A program made the translations under genes and the position numbers. Below the pieces are notes generated by a model that was not told the DNA's origin, searched no databases, and saw nothing but the letters and a program-made list of their open reading frames with translations. DNA of 63,325 nt, counting the filler, from Thraustochytrium aureum (taxonomy: Eukaryota), in the NCBI GenBank assembly GCA_012862495.1. It is 8 parts of 5 records of this genome, joined end to end, with 100 filler letters (N's around TTAATTAATTAA, not from the genome) between each part and the next. Parts side by side here need not be neighbours in the genome. Positions count along the whole stretch, not along the records: positions 1 to 15,743 come from BLSG01000360.1; 7 more parts are not named here. One strand, written 5' to 3'. Positions 1-13,139 of the stretch are shown in pieces (position 1 is the first letter of the stretch; every line of letters begins with the position of its first letter).

Positions 1-276
1 TACTACTAGTATGTTCAACTCGGGGACATCCAAGGGGGTCCACACGTTGCCCTGTGGGTCGTGGCTCACCACGACTTCGCTGGGCCCACCAACAAACCTG
101 TTCATCACAGCGATGCAGCTGTCGGACCCGCCTTGGTCGCAGGCCACGGCGAACTGGCCTTCTGCACCCGATAACGCCTTGTCCTTGGCCTCTCGAACGC
201 TTGCTTTGAACAGCCTCTCCGTCGCCAAGGCGCCGGGGGGCACCATGGCAGCGAGCAGTGCCAGAACAGCCCTCAT
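1..276 (-). CDS. 5' part of secreted surface protein, paralog A of the Asp-box family (runs off the window start)
   Basis: ATG at 276. Translation MRAVLALLAAMVPPGALATERLFKASVRE...QFAVACDQGGSDSCIAVMNRFVGGPSEVVVS aligns directly with the N-termini of the paralogs starting at 3885 and 11748. Confidence 0.75.
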   Translation of the reverse strand, partial: MRAVLALLAAMVPPGALATERLFKASVREAKDKALSGAEGQFAVACDQGGSDSCIAVMNRFVGGPSEVVVSHDPQGNVWTPLDVPELNILVV

Positions 277-1091
277 CCTGCTCTTCGTTCGACCTGTTCA
301 ACGCGCGCTACTCGATGCAGGACTCGGATCGATGAGGGTCTGTCTGGTCAGCAACGATGCACACGCGCAAGCGCACCAAGAAACACAGCGCACGCGTGGT
401 AAGGTGCTGATGACTTCCGGCAGAAGGCAGGTACTTTGGTACTTCGTAAGTGCGTTCGTCTCGCGCGTGTGGGTAGGTACCGGTAGTACCTTACAAGGTT
501 TGTGTCCAGACTCTGCGGTGTTTTTGCGGGTTTATTTCGAACCAGTTTGAGAACGAGGAGCTGTTCGCACGAGATTCACTGGCCGATGAGGCAGAATCCA
601 GTTTCCAGTTTTGGCGAGCCAGTTCTCGTCGGCCCGTCGCCCAGCGCCCCAGCCGATGACTTGAAGATAAACTGTTGACATTCAGGATTATCCTCAAGAT
701 ACCCCATGGAGGGTCGTTCTTGAACCAAAGTACGCGCCCCGCCGTGGGCTTCGTGCATCCATCGATCCTTCTTGTTGTCTCACGTGGGTACCGGACTGGG
801 GGCTCGCTCTTCAGTCTGCTGCGCGCACTGCAGCGCGATGTCCCGTTGCAGGCTGCCTCTTTCTAATTGCGTGCGTAGGGTAAACGACCAACTTGATGGA
901 CGTGGGAGCGTTCCTTGGCCGCCTGTCGGGCTCACGAGATGGCGCTGAGCCGTCCTCAAACCTCCCCAAAAACGCAGTTCACGCCCACGCGCTCGCACCC
1001 ATCCATGGCAAGTTTGACAAACGAAATTCTGCGATTTGGATTAGCATCAAAACCGCGAGGCTGAGTCGCGCGTCGACAATGCATCGCGGGC

Positions 1092-3885
1092 CTACAAGCA
1101 CGGGTCTTCGCCCGCGACTACGTAGGTTGCTTGGGGAATGTCGCGCGCAGCGGATATTGCAGCGGGAGCGACCGCGCTGTCTGTGGCGCTGGAAGCCGTC
1201 GCGGACGCACCTTGCTTTGCTCCGTTGATGAGAAGGCCGACAAACACACCGATTACAGCCGCCCCGATTGCAGCGCCAATCATAGCTCCAGTAGAGAGGC
1301 CCAGCTCCCCAGTTGTGCTCGATTCGCCCTCGCCTGCGCCCTGGCCTGGTTCGACGAAGCTGGGCGTGGGGGGCTGCGTCACGATGTCGGGCTGGTCCCA
1401 CGGCAAGCCGGGTTTGTTGTTATTGATGACAACGTCGGAGGCATCGACGACTTGGCCCTTGTTGAACTGGGCACTGGATCGGCGAGCGCACACCATGGTG
1501 ATGCCGATGTTTGTGAGGGACTCTCGCTTCGCGTTGGCGACGACGCAAGAGTGAAAGCTTGATGTGCTGTCGAACCCTTCCCAGTAGCCGTTCGGCCCAT
1601 TATAACTTATCCACCTTGCGTAGCTTTCGAACGAGTACAGGTCAACCAACCAAGACCCATCGCGAATGTCGAGCGCCGCAAAGGTGCGCCTTGCGCCGAC
1701 CGGAGTTGGAGAAAACTCAGGGCGGACGGCAGTCCAGTGGACCAAAAGCGTGCTGGTCGCGTAGTCGTAAGTGCTCGACGGCTGGGACTCGAGGATATCG
1801 CTCNNNNNNNNNNNNNNNNNNNNNNNNNNNNNNNNNNNNNNNNNNNNNNNNNNNNNNNNNNNNNNNNNNNNNNNNNNNNNNNNNNNNNNNNNNNNNNNNN
1901 NNNNNNNNNNNNNNNNNNNNNNNNNNNNNNNNNNNNNNNNNNNNNNNNNNNNNNNNNNNNNNNNNNNNNNNNNNNNNNNNNNNNNNNNNNNNNNNNNNNN
2001 NNNNNNNNNNNNNNNNNNNNNNNNNNNNNNNNNNNNNNNNNNNNNNNNNNNNNNNNNNNNNNNNNNNNNNNNNNNNNNNNNNNNNNNNNNNNNNNNNNNN
2101 NNNNNNNNNNNNNNNNNNNNNNNNNNNNNNNNNNNNNNNNNNNGTCCAGGCCGCGTAGATCTGGTCGCCGGCCACAGCGGCGTCAACATTGACCTTGCCC
2201 GCGGTGGCGGGCATCTCGGCAAGCAGCACCGCGTTCCACGAGGAGCCCGCGTCTCGCGTGTAGCGGAGATGAACGCGGATCACGCCTGCGGTGTTCGTCT
2301 TCTCGAAGAACACCACCGCCGCAACGCCGTCGCTTGTCTTTGAGACTTTGACGTCGCCGAGGTCCCCGTCGAAGGCCTCGGTGTTAACGATGGGAATCTT
2401 GCTCGACTTGGGTTCGAAGGGTGCGACCCTGCCGATCCTCAAGTTGCTTGAGCTTTGTGAAATGTTCGGTGTAACCATGTTGTGCGCCCAAGCCGAAAGG
2501 CAGTGGGAGGCCGCAAAGCACGCCATGCTTGGGGTTGTGAAGCTCTCAAAGGGCGGCGTCGCATACTCTGTCACCACGCCGAGGTTATCCCAATTGGGGG
2601 CATCAGCGGCAAGGCGCTCTTCAATCTCGCCTTGGAACTCGGTCGCCTGCCCGACAGCTGTAATCAGTTTGAAGGAAGACGTACCAAAATTGGCACTTTT
2701 CACACCCATAATGGCGCGTCTAGGGGCGCTGGACGCCGCCAGTGACACTTGGCCCTCTACGTCCCCTGCCGCGATCAAGCTGTCGGATTTGCGCCATCGG
2801 CGGCTCGCCACGTCCCAGACCCACGAACGTGCAAAACGAAAGGTTGTAAAATCGGGGTTCCAGGCGGAATGGCTGGTGACAAGGAACGCGTTACCGAACT
2901 CGCCTCCGCAGGAGACACGCCCAACCTTAATCCTCCGCGCGGGCGTCGCGTCCTGCCAAGTTGCACCGCGGTCTTCCGAGAAGGCAGCGATGAACTCGTA
3001 CACGTTGCTAGCCTCGGTTGACTGACCGCGAAGTGCGCTCAGGAGCCACACGCCTTGCGCCGTCTCACACACGTGCATGGAAACAATGTACGGAGGAGAA
3101 TCGGACTGGTCGTCTATCTCGGTGACAAAGGGGAGTTTGGCCTTGCGTTCGGTACTTGGTGCCATGCCGATCGTCGTGAGGCCCACGGTGACCACGGATA
3201 GGTCCGCGTTGACCAGCACTGCGTGGGCTCTGATATTGTCCTGATGCTGAGAGCCAACGACGAGGGCGCCTGCGCAAGGTGTGCTGTTGATGTTGGACTG
3301 GTAAACGGTCGCCACGAGCTCGAACCCGTCTGGGCTAGTGGATTCGGAGATGCCGGCGTAGAGGAACTCTGAGCCGCGCGAGATGGTGGCAAGAAGGGTC
3401 AATCTGTCGCCAGTGTCTTGTGACTGCCTCGCGGCCAACTCCCAATGCTCGACAGTGAAAGAGACCCTTTCGCCCGACGAGTCTAGTACCACGACGGCCT
3501 TTTCTCTCCATGTCGTGCCGCGGTTTACCGAGAACATCAAATCAATGTTTCTCTCACGCATACAAGCGATCGCGATCACCTTGTCCATCCACGCGGCCTC
3601 CATTTGATGGCAAGATTCGGCAAACGCGGGGACATACAAGGGGTTCCACACGGCGCCCCATTCGTCGTCGCTCACAACCACTTCGGTGGAGCCAAAAGCA
3701 AACCTGTTCATCACGGCGATGCAGCTCGCCGACCCGCCTTGGTCGCAGGCGACCACGAGCTGCCCTTCCGAGTCTCCAGCAAACTCCTTCTTCAGGCTAT
3801 CACGAACGTCGGCTCTGAACAGCCTCTCCATCGCCAGGGCGCTGGGGGCCGCCAGGGCCACGAGCACAACTAGAACAGCCCTCAT
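1092..3885 (-). CDS. Type I membrane protein with BNR/Asp-box (sialidase-like beta-propeller) repeats, paralog B; spans an N gap
   Basis: Signal peptide MRAVLVVLVALAAPSALA. Asp-box-like motifs SVNRGTTW, SEDRGATW and TRDAGSSW. Pro/Thr stalk, TM helix AMIGAAIGAAVIGVFVGLLI and short tail ending EDPCL. ORFs 1717..4257 and 1092..2222 join across the gap. Confidence 0.75.
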
Positions 3886-4883
3886 CCTGCGCTGCGTTCG
3901 ACCTCTCGAACGTACTGCTGCGGGGGCTCGATGCGGGGGCTCGATGCGGGTCTGCCGGAGCCCGAAGAAGCAACTCGCGATGCACGCGCAAGGTGCATCG
4001 CATCGTGTGTGCAAAGCCCACGCACGAGACGAGGCAGTGCCATTGCTTTTGGACGTGGGAAAGTTAGAAGTACAAGCAAGTACTCGTACGGTACAACTCG
4101 ACCCGAGCCACATTGTCCTTGAAAAAATGAAATAAACCTGCAGCGTCAATGAAATCGCGAGGCGCGCTCGGCGCTCTCCACCAAACCAGAACAGAGGAGG
4201 ACGTGCTCCACCGGGCGAGGGACTCGCAGACGGCCAGTTCTCGGTCGCCAGCGCCAAGTTGTACCTGACCCTTCCGACTGCGGTTCAAAACTCGATTCAG
4301 GAGGAAAGGCCCCGTGCACGCCCCCACTCCCTGGAGAGAGTACGTAATCTTGGGTGCCAGATGACTCACCAACACTGCTCTCGCTCGGCACGGCGCGAGG
4401 CGAGCCTACTTGCAGGCTGCTGAGCTCTCGGTCGCCAGCACAGCAGGTAGAGTAACTTAGTAAGTCCTTTCACCGCCTGCTGTAGCTGAAACTCGCAGTG
4501 AGCGAGACGTCCTGGTGGTCGTTTCTTTCACGGCTTCTGCGAGGTCGCCGCCACGCGAAACACACCCACGCAGGCTGGCAATCATGCATCATGGATTTCT
4601 TTCGTTGGACTCTCGCTTCGAGTTGGATTCCGTCGTGTTGACAGATTGAATCGTGCTGACTCGCGTTCTGCAGCTGATGCAGCTGCTGACTGCAGACGAG
4701 TCCACGGTGCCGTCCGCCGCGGCCACGGAGAAGGCCGAGACCTGGCCCCGAGCGCGTTGGGTGGACCGGAGCCGAGTACCCAGCAGGCGTACGTACTCTA
4801 GAGGGGTACCGTACCTCGACCTTCACCGCACTTACCTACTACTAGTACTCGTACCTTTTTTAACCGTAATTGCCCTGGGTTTA

Positions 4884-4914
4884 CAACCTGAGACACTTTG
4901 CAACCTGAGACACT
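4884..4914 (+). repeat. Direct repeat CAACCTGAGACACT x2 upstream of the transposase (possible subterminal transposase-binding sites)
   Basis: Exact 14-bp copies at 4884-4897 and 4901-4914, about 20 bp inside TAACCGTAATTG (4861). Confidence 0.6.
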
Positions 4915-4956
4915 CTGGAGCTTCTGTTGTTCGCCCGTTCTCGAGCAGGAAGGAAG

Positions 4957-7900
4957 ATGGCAGAGCGCGAACGAACATGGTTGACGCGGTGGCGGGGAGG
5001 ACGGCAGAGCGCGAGGATGGTTGACGCGGTGGCGGATGCGCTGGGGCGGCTGGAAGAGACCGTCCAAGGCCTGCTGAGTGGCGTGCGTGGCGTTTTCAAG
5101 GAGCGCGAAGTGACCTTTGGAAGAGTGGACTTGTGGAGCACCTTCGCCTCGGCAAGCACCGACGACGGCGAGCAAGTGATGGTGCGGCTCGTTGACGTGG
5201 TCGCGGTCCACGCCGCGGCCCTGGCAGCGGAACCTGCTCCAAAGGGCAAGGCCGTTAGCGATTCGTTCGCCCGCCTGGCAGGCTCGCTATACGCCGCTGC
5301 GAAACAGAAGGACGCTGTGGCGAAGGAGATGAAGAACTGCAAACAGAAGCTTGCCAGGGCGCAGGCGGCGCTCGACAAGAAGCAAGAGCTGTTGAACTCA
5401 CGGGATGATACCGGGAAGGATGTCACGCAAAAAGAGCCTTNNNNNNNNNNNNNNNNNNNNNNNNNNNNNNNNNNNNNNNNNNNNNNNNNNNNNNNNNNNN
5501 NNNNNNNNNNNNCAACGTCCCGTCTCGAGGAACGCGAGCAGACCCTGGACGAGCTGGCTGGGGACTTGGAGGCACACGTCTTGCACAAGATCCTGGAGCC
5601 CTTCCGAACTGTACGAATAGCCTGCAGCTGGTTCGAAGAACATACGGGCAAGACGATGTCGCCGGCAACCTTGTCGCGATGGAGCAAGGGCGGGATCCGG
5701 AAGACTGGCAGGCCGCCAGTCCTCTCAGATGCAGGCGAGGAGGCTCTGTTTGAGCACGTGAGTCTCACACTACGTCGCGGGTTTTCCCTCACCTGGCTTG
5801 AGATCTGCGACCTCGCCAACGACGTGCGGCGAGACGGCGGTGGAGTCCCGTCCCGCTGCTGGTACAATGGTTGGCTGAAACGAATGGAGGCACGTTTCCC
5901 GGATCTCATGCGCAAGAACTGCGCGGGCATTGGCGCGTCGTGCTTGCAGTATTACTGCACGCGGAACATTGAATGGTGGTATACAGTCACCACGGAAGAG
6001 TTGGTCTCTCTCGGCGTCGCTCGCAGACCGACGGAAGAAGAACGGAACAAGGGGCACGAGCTCATCTGGCTCTACCCTGGGCGAGTGCTACTCCTCGATG
6101 AGAGCCACGTGGGGGGGGAGCGGGACAATCAAAGCATGCGCAGTCGGGCAAACGGCCCTGTGCTAGGGAGCCTGGTTGCGCAGGGCCAGCAGGGCCGGTA
6201 TGTGAGGCAGAAGGAGGACGAACCGCACGTCACCGTGCTGGCAGGGATGAACCTGATCGGCGATTGCGCCCCGCCAGCCTGGGTTCTATGTGGCAAGACG
6301 CTTTCGGCCAACCAAAAGGCCAAGATGGACGAGATCTGCAAGGAGTGGTGTACGTCGGAGAAGCTGCACGAGTTCGACCAGCGCGAATACACAAACGTCA
6401 ACTGCTTTGTCTCGCCAACTGGTTCAGTGACAAAGGCCAACTTTTTCGACATTGCGATGTCGATTGTCAAGACTGCCCTTCCGGACGTTTCGGACGACAG
6501 TCCGGCGTCACGAGTGATACTCTTCATGGACGGGCACTGCAGTCGGCAGCTCGTCCCCACTCTCAACAGGCTTCGTTCACAGGGCGTTCACCTGTTTTGC
6601 TGGCTACCTAACACAACCTCCCATACCCAACCAGCCGATGTGGCTTTGTTCGGGGACTGGGAAGCCAAGCTCAACTCGCTCAAGGCCAAACCTCGCGGAC
6701 CGAAGTCTGGTTGGGACCTGATCCGCCAAGCTGCTCAAGCGCTCGCGGAGGTGGCGACGCGAGAGCGCCTCAAGGAGGCGGTTCGGAGGACGGGCATGCG
6801 GCCTTTCTCTCGACAGCCACACCTGGAGAACCCGGTCATCAAGCTTGGCGATGCCTACACGGACGACGTTGCGCTCCCGCACCTAGCGAGCGAATTTGCG
6901 AGCTTCACCCACCAAGGAGACGTGCCAGAGCTGCGGCAACCACAACATGCGCCAAGTGGGGAGGGTGCCGTACGAGGAGCGAGCGACGTTTGGGACGATG
7001 CGACACAGGAGTCGGGCAAGACTGGAATGGACAGGTCCGACAGGAGCTGCTCGAGTTCGTCCAGTTCTTTTTCCATCTTCGGGAGCATCAGCGAGAACCT
7101 GGAAACGCACGGCGTGGACCTTGGGAGTTCTGCAACAGTCCAGAGAAGCGCGACACGAAGTCAGCTGCGCAAAGTAAGCGCAGAGCTCACGACCAAGCTC
7201 ATGGCGTTTCGTTTCAAAGCGGAAAATGCACTTCGTGATCATCTCCCAGTCAAGGCAGCCCAATCCAAAGTCTCCAAGGAGGGGGCCAAGGCTGTGTACG
7301 AAAGGGCCGTAGCCGAGGCCAAGGCTGTTTACGAAAGGGCCGTAGCCGAGGCCAAGACTGTGCACGAAAGGGCCGTTGCCGCGGCTGACGCCACCGTGGC
7401 CGAGTATGAAGTGCAAGTGCAGCGGGAGCTCGACACACTCCAGCACGCCGCAACTGAACTGGAAAGGGCAGACGAAGATGTGGACATCTTGACGTGCCGG
7501 GCGCTCGTTGCGTGTGTCATGGACACGGTCGAGAAGCTGGAGATTGCTGAGCCACAGCGTAATCCAGACCGCACGATTGGCGCCAGAACCTTGCCGGTCT
7601 ACCAGTACAAACCACCGCCAGAAAATGCCAAGGACTCACCGTCTCCGCTGAAGAGAGCGGACGCCGCCCACGTCTCTCGGGCGGTAAGTCCATCGCTAGG
7701 CAAGCTGCCGAAACGCCTGGATACTACCAGCGCACTGTTCCGGTCCACCAACGCGACCAACCAGACGTCGGACGCCGTCATCAACGAGCTCGAAACGCGG
7801 GAGGCCATGCACTGCAAGACCAAAGAGCCAGAAGACATACGTCGCGCAGTCAAGAGTTTCGTAAAGAGAGGTTGCATTGGGCTCCGACAGGACGTTGCCA

Positions 7901-8196
7901 AGATGTTCCTGAGCATCATCAAAAAGGAGTTCCTGGCCTCTGGAAACACTGCTGGAGCCAAAACGTGCGCCGAGCTCCGCAAACTGACTGGAGGCTCGTT
8001 CAGTTCAAAGTTCAAGGCCTTTGTTCTCGGCATCCCAGAGTTTTCAAAAGAGGCTCGGGCCCCGATCGCCGCACCAGCACCACCAAGCACGCCGACGTCT
8101 GAGGCCCCCACCAAGCGAACCGCTGGAGACGCTCTACTTGCTGGAGAAGACTGCGGGGCGACGTTGAGAAGCAAGCGTTCGCGCGCGCGACGCTGA
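4957..8196 (+). mobile_element. pogo/Fot1-like (Tc1/mariner superfamily) DD35D transposase with long N- and C-terminal extensions
   Basis: CENP-B-type HTH region (GRPPVLSDAGEEAL...WYNGWLKR). Catalytic motifs LLDES, LFMDGHCSR and PNTTSHTQPAD, with 35 residues between the second and third Asp. First ATG at 4957; open frame of ~1,080 aa. Confidence 0.85.
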
Positions 8197-8870
8197 GCAC
8201 CGTTCTCTCTCTCCTTTGTTGCAACTGGAGTAGGTACTCGAGTAGGCAGAACCAATTTAACGGATCTCGCTCTTCAGCACGCGGCCTCTGCTGCGCGCAC
8301 TGCAGCGCGATGTCCCGTCGCAGGCTGCCTCTTTCTAATTGCGTACGTAAACGACCAACTCGATGGACGCGGGCTGTTCACCAGTGGAGCGAGCGTTCCT
8401 TTGCCGCCTGTCGGGTTCACGAGATGGCGCTGAGCCGTCCTCAAACCTCCCNNNNNNNNNNNNNNNNNNNNNNNNNNNNNNNNNNNNNNNNNNNNNNNNN
8501 NNNNNNNNNNNNNNNNNNNNNNNNNNNNNNNNNNNNNNNNNNNNNNNNNNNNNNNNNNNNNNNNNNNNNNNNNNNNNNNNNNNNNNNNNNNNNNNNNNNN
8601 NNNNNNNNNNNNNNNNNNNNNNNNNNNNNNNNNNNNNNNNNNNNNNNNNNNNNNNNNNNNNNNNNNNNNNNNNNNNNNNNNNNNNNNNNNNNNNNNNNNN
8701 NNNNNNNNNNNNNNNNNNNNNNNNNNNNNNNNNNNNNNNNNNNNNNNNNNNNNNNNNNNNNNNNNNNNNNNNNNNNNNNNNNNNNNNNNNNNNNNNNNNN
8801 NNAAATACTGTGATTTGGATTAGCATCAAGGTGGCAAGGCTGAATCGCGCGTCGACAATGCATCGCGGGC

Positions 8871-11748
8871 CTACAAGCGCGGGTCTTCGCCCTTGACTAC
8901 GTAGGTTGCTTCGGGAGAGTCGCGCGCAACGGATATTGCAGTGGGAGCGACCGCGCTGTCTGTGGCGCTGGAAGCCGTCGCGGACGCACCTTGCTTTGCT
9001 CCCTTGACGAGAATGCCGACAAAGACACCGAGCACAGCCGCCCCGACAGCAATGCCAATCGTAGCTCCAGCAGACAGGCCCTGCGCAACAGTTGTGCTCG
9101 ATTCGATCGGAACAAAGGGCCCATCACCTGCGCCATCGCCTGAGCTGGGCGTTGGAGCCTGCGTCACGATGTCGGGCTGGTCCCACGGCAAGCCGGGCTC
9201 CTGGTTTGTGAGAAAAACCTCGGTGGCCTCGACGACTTGGCCCGTGATGAATTGGTCAGTGGATCGACGAAGGCATACCACGGTGATGCCGATTTTGTAG
9301 AGGGAATCCTGAATCTCGCTGGCGACGACGCAAGAGTGAACGCTTGATGTGCTGTCGAACCCGTTCGAGTCGCCATTCGGCCCAGCAAACGTTATCGAAC
9401 GCGTGTCGACATCAAACGAGTACACCTCAGTCAACCAGGACCCATCACGAATGTCGAGCGAGGCATAGCTGCGCCATGTGCCGATTTCTGTTGGAGAAAA
9501 CTCCGGGTGGACGGCAGTCCAGTGGACCAAAAGTGTGCTGGTTGCGTAGTCGTAAGCGCTCGACGGCTGGGACGCGAGGATCTCGCTCGCGCCGGCGAGG
9601 CCGTGCGCCGACTCAAGCGTGGGGAAAGCGCCCACTTCCCAATCCCNNNNNNNNNNNNNNNNNNNNNNNNNNNNNNNNNNNNNNNNNNNNNNNNNNNNNN
9701 NNNNNNNNNNNNNNNNNNNNNNNNNNNNNNNNNNNNNNNNNNNNNNNNNNNNNNNNNNNNNNNNNNNNNNNNNNNNNNNNNNNNNNNNNNNNNNNNNNNN
9801 NNNNNNNNNNNNNNNNNNNNNNNNNNNNNNNNNNNNNNNNNNNNNNNNNNNNNNNNNNNNNNNNNNNNNNNNNNNNNNNNNNNNNNNNNNNNNNNNNNNN
9901 NNNNNNNNNNNNNNNNNNNNNNNNNNNNNNNNNNNNNNNNNNNNNNNNNNNNNNNNNNNNNNNNNNNNNNNNNNNNNNNNNNNNNNNNNNNNNNNNNNNN
10001 NNNNNNNNNNNNNNNNNNNNNNNNNNNNNNNNNNNNNNNNNNNNNNNNNNNNNNNNNNNNNNNNNNNNNNNNNNNNNNNNNNNNNNNNNNNNNNNNNNNN
10101 NNNNNNNNNNNNNNNNNNNNNNNNNNNNNNNNNNNNNNNNNNNNNNNNNNNNNNNNNNNNNNNNNNNNNNNNNNNNNNNNNNNNNNNNNNNNNTCGAGCT
10201 TTGTGAAATGTTCGGTGGAACCATGTTGTGCCCCCAAGCCGAAAGGCAGTGGGAGGCCCCAAAGCACGCCATGCTTGGGGTTGTGAAGCTCTCAAAGGGC
10301 GGCGCTGCATACTCTGTCACCACGCTCATGTCAAAATCGTAGACATGAGTAGCGGTAATGCGCTCATCAATCTCGCCTTGGAACTCGGTCGTCTGCCCGA
10401 CAGCTGCTAGAATCTGAGTCGTACCAAAATCCGATCTTTGCACGCCCAGAACGGCGCGTCTGGTGGCACTGGAAACACCCAGTGACACTGGGACGGACGG
10501 CCCACCTGTCGAGATCGTGCTTTTGGGACTGCGCCAGCGGCGGCTCACCACGTCCCAGGCCCATAGACGTGCAGAATTCATGGCGCCGAAATCTGGGTTC
10601 CAGTTGGGTTCATCGGTGACAAGGAACGCGTTGCCAATCTCGGCACCGCAGGAGACACGCCCATGCTTGACCCCCCGCACGGGCGTCACGTCTTGCCAGG
10701 TTGCACCTTGGTCTTCCGAGGAGGCAGCGATGAACTCGTAAGCNNNNNNNNNNNNNNNNNNNNNNNNNNNNNNNNNNNNNNNNNNNNNNNNNNNNNNNNN
10801 NNNNNNNNNNNNNNNNNNNNNNNNNNNNNNNNNNNNNNNNNNNNNNNNNNNNNNNNNNNNNNNNNNNNNNNNNNNNNNNNNNNNNNNNNNNNNNNNNNNN
10901 NNNNNNNNNNNNNNNNNNNNNNNNNNNNNNNNNNNNNNNNNNNNNNNNNNNNNNNNNNNNNNNNNNNNNNNNNNNNNNNNNNNNNNNNNNNNNNNNNNNN
11001 NNNNNNNNNNNNNNNNNNNNNNNNNNNNNNNNNNNNNNNNNNNNNNNNNNNNNNNNNNNNNNNNNNNNNNNNNNNNNNNNNNNNNNNNNNNNNNNNNNNN
11101 NNNNNNNNNNNNNNNNNNNNNNNNNNNNNNNNNNNNNNNNNNNNNNNNNNNNNNNNNNNNNNNNNNNNNNNNNNNNNNNNNNNNNNNNNNNAACCCGTCT
11201 GGGCTAGTGGATTCGGAGATGCCGGCGTAGAGGAACTCTGAGCCGCCCGAGATGGTGGCAAGAAGCATCACACTGTCGCCTGAGGCTTGCAACGGCTTCG
11301 CGGCCAACTCCCAATGCTCGAAGCGTTCCGAGAACCTTTCGCTGGACGAGTCGAGTACCACGAGCCGCTTTTCTTTCCATGTCACCCCGCGATCTAAAGA
11401 GAACTGCACAAAAATCGTGTACTGAACCGCGCAAGCGATGGCGATCACCTCGTCCATCCACGCGACCTCCACTCGATTGCAAGCCACGCCAAACGCGGGG
11501 ACAGCCAACGGGGTCCACACGGCGCCCCATTCGTCGTTGCTCACTACCACCTCGCTGGGCCCAGCAGCAAACCTGTTCATCACGGCGATGCAGCTCGCCG
11601 ACCCGCGTTGGTCGCAGGCAACCGCGAGCTGCCCTGCTCCAGAAAACTCCTTGTCCGCTCTGTTACGAATGGCGGCTTGGAACATCCTCTCCATCGCCAA
11701 GGCGCCGGGGGCCACCAAGGCGACAAGCACCGCCAATACAGCCCTCAT
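8871..11748 (-). CDS. Type I membrane Asp-box protein, paralog C; spans two N gaps
   Basis: Starts MRAVLAVLVALVAPGALAMER. Motifs SLDRGVTW and SEDQGATW, TM ATIGIAVGAAVLGVFVGILV, tail EDPRL. The 3' flank from ~8266 to the N gap matches that of paralog B (from ~803). Confidence 0.75.
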
Positions 11749-11879
11749 CCTGCTCTGCGTCCGTTCGTCCTCTTCTGTGCAGGCGATCGATGCGGGTCTG
11801 CTCGTGGCCGCAGGCTGCAAGAAGCAATCCGTACAGCGACATTACACGATGCACATGCGCTTGACTTTGACTGCACAGG

Positions 11880-12110
11880 GGCTTGTCTTTGATTGCACAC
11901 AAGCACAAGCTGATTCCTGGTGAGTGTGGGAGCAGCCACTGCAAGTGGTGAACTCTCCGCCTGTGCCGCTGTTTGCACCTTCGGGCTTGTCTTTGATTGC
12001 ACACGTACTACTTTAGAAGCACAAGCTGGTCCCTGATGAGTGTGGGAGCAGCCACTGCAAGCGGTGAACTGGTCTGTGAATCTCCGCCTGTGCCGCTGTT
12101 TGCACCTTCG
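11880..12110. repeat. Imperfect tandem duplication of a ~105-125 bp unit
   Basis: GGCTTGTCTTTGATTGCACAC at ~11880 and ~11984. AGCACAAGCTG..TGAGTGTGGGAGCAGCCACTGCAAG..CTCCGCCTGTGCCGCTGTTTGCACCTTCG at ~11902 and ~12018. Confidence 0.8.
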
Positions 12111-13139
12111 TTTTTGTCGTTTTTCTTCAAGATGCCACCGTCAACTTGGTTCGAGTTGGAGAGGAAGTCCCGTTGGACTCTGAAGGACTCTGGTACGTCT
12201 CTGAGGGGCAGAGTTCTGGATCTGCTCGACGGCACAGGCAGGCTGAATCTTTCAATCAAGAGCCCACATGGCATGATGGCATGATCAGCTGGCGAGCCTG
12301 TTCTCGGCAGTTCCAGTCTGCCATGGAGGTACTCTACTTCATAGCCCAAGCAAGGAGGATCCTCCTTGGCCGATCCTTGGCCGAAGGTGCTCGGAGCTGG
12401 CAAGTCCGCGAGTTGTTGCCGTAGCGGTTGCCGAAACCTGCGCCCCGAGCGAGAGGATTGGTGGGAGACCGAGTTGTGGTTGCACGCCAAACTCGAGGAA
12501 TCGCCCGTCGCTCCTTGCGGCTGCGAGAAGCACGAGCATGGACAGGGCGGCTCGATTTGGTCGTGCTGGCCAGGTATGGCAAGCGCGTCCCATCTTGTTG
12601 CATTGGCGGGGTCTTGCCGAGTCGAGCAGCAGGCGGTGCCAGCCCGAGCAGGCGGTGCCCGCCCGAGGGCGGGCGGTGCCAGCCCGAGGGCGAAATAGAA
12701 TGACTCACCATCCCTCTTGACTGACCCCCATCCTGCAAACCCGGAGCGAAGAGCGGTTGCTGCGCAAGCGCGCCACAGCCTTGCTTGGCAAGTCGTACTT
12801 TTTCTGTTTGCGCTTCGGTATAAAGGCCAAGGAGGAGCAAGGGCTCGAGGCTGCCGCCAACAAGGACTAGCAATCCTAGGCCAGCGAGGCAAGTACCGTG
12901 GCCAAGCCACTGACCTTCAAGCAGTAGTAGCACCGGATGGTGGGCACCGCTTTATGCCTGGGACGTCGTCTTCAACGGCAACAAGCTGTTCCAACCCACA
13001 ATCGTGCAACACCTGATCGAGTAGTGGCTCCTCTACCCCCACCCCTCCCCGTTCGAAGGCACGCTCATCCCGGTGCTCGAGCCGACTCAACTCGAGGGTT
13101 GCGCTACGCCGCCGTCGCCGCCCTCGTCATCGACAAGCC

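Noticed and set aside
1..11. TACTACTAGTA at the window start is identical to 4837-4847 near the pogo left end
   Set aside because: It is a low-complexity 11-mer at the window edge, and TAC/TAG-rich patches recur in intergenic DNA here. This is not enough to call an element end.
12008..12910. 300-aa minus-strand ORF as a gene
   Set aside because: No recognisable domain, composition typical of GC-rich non-coding or degenerate sequence, and it ends inside a local tandem duplication.
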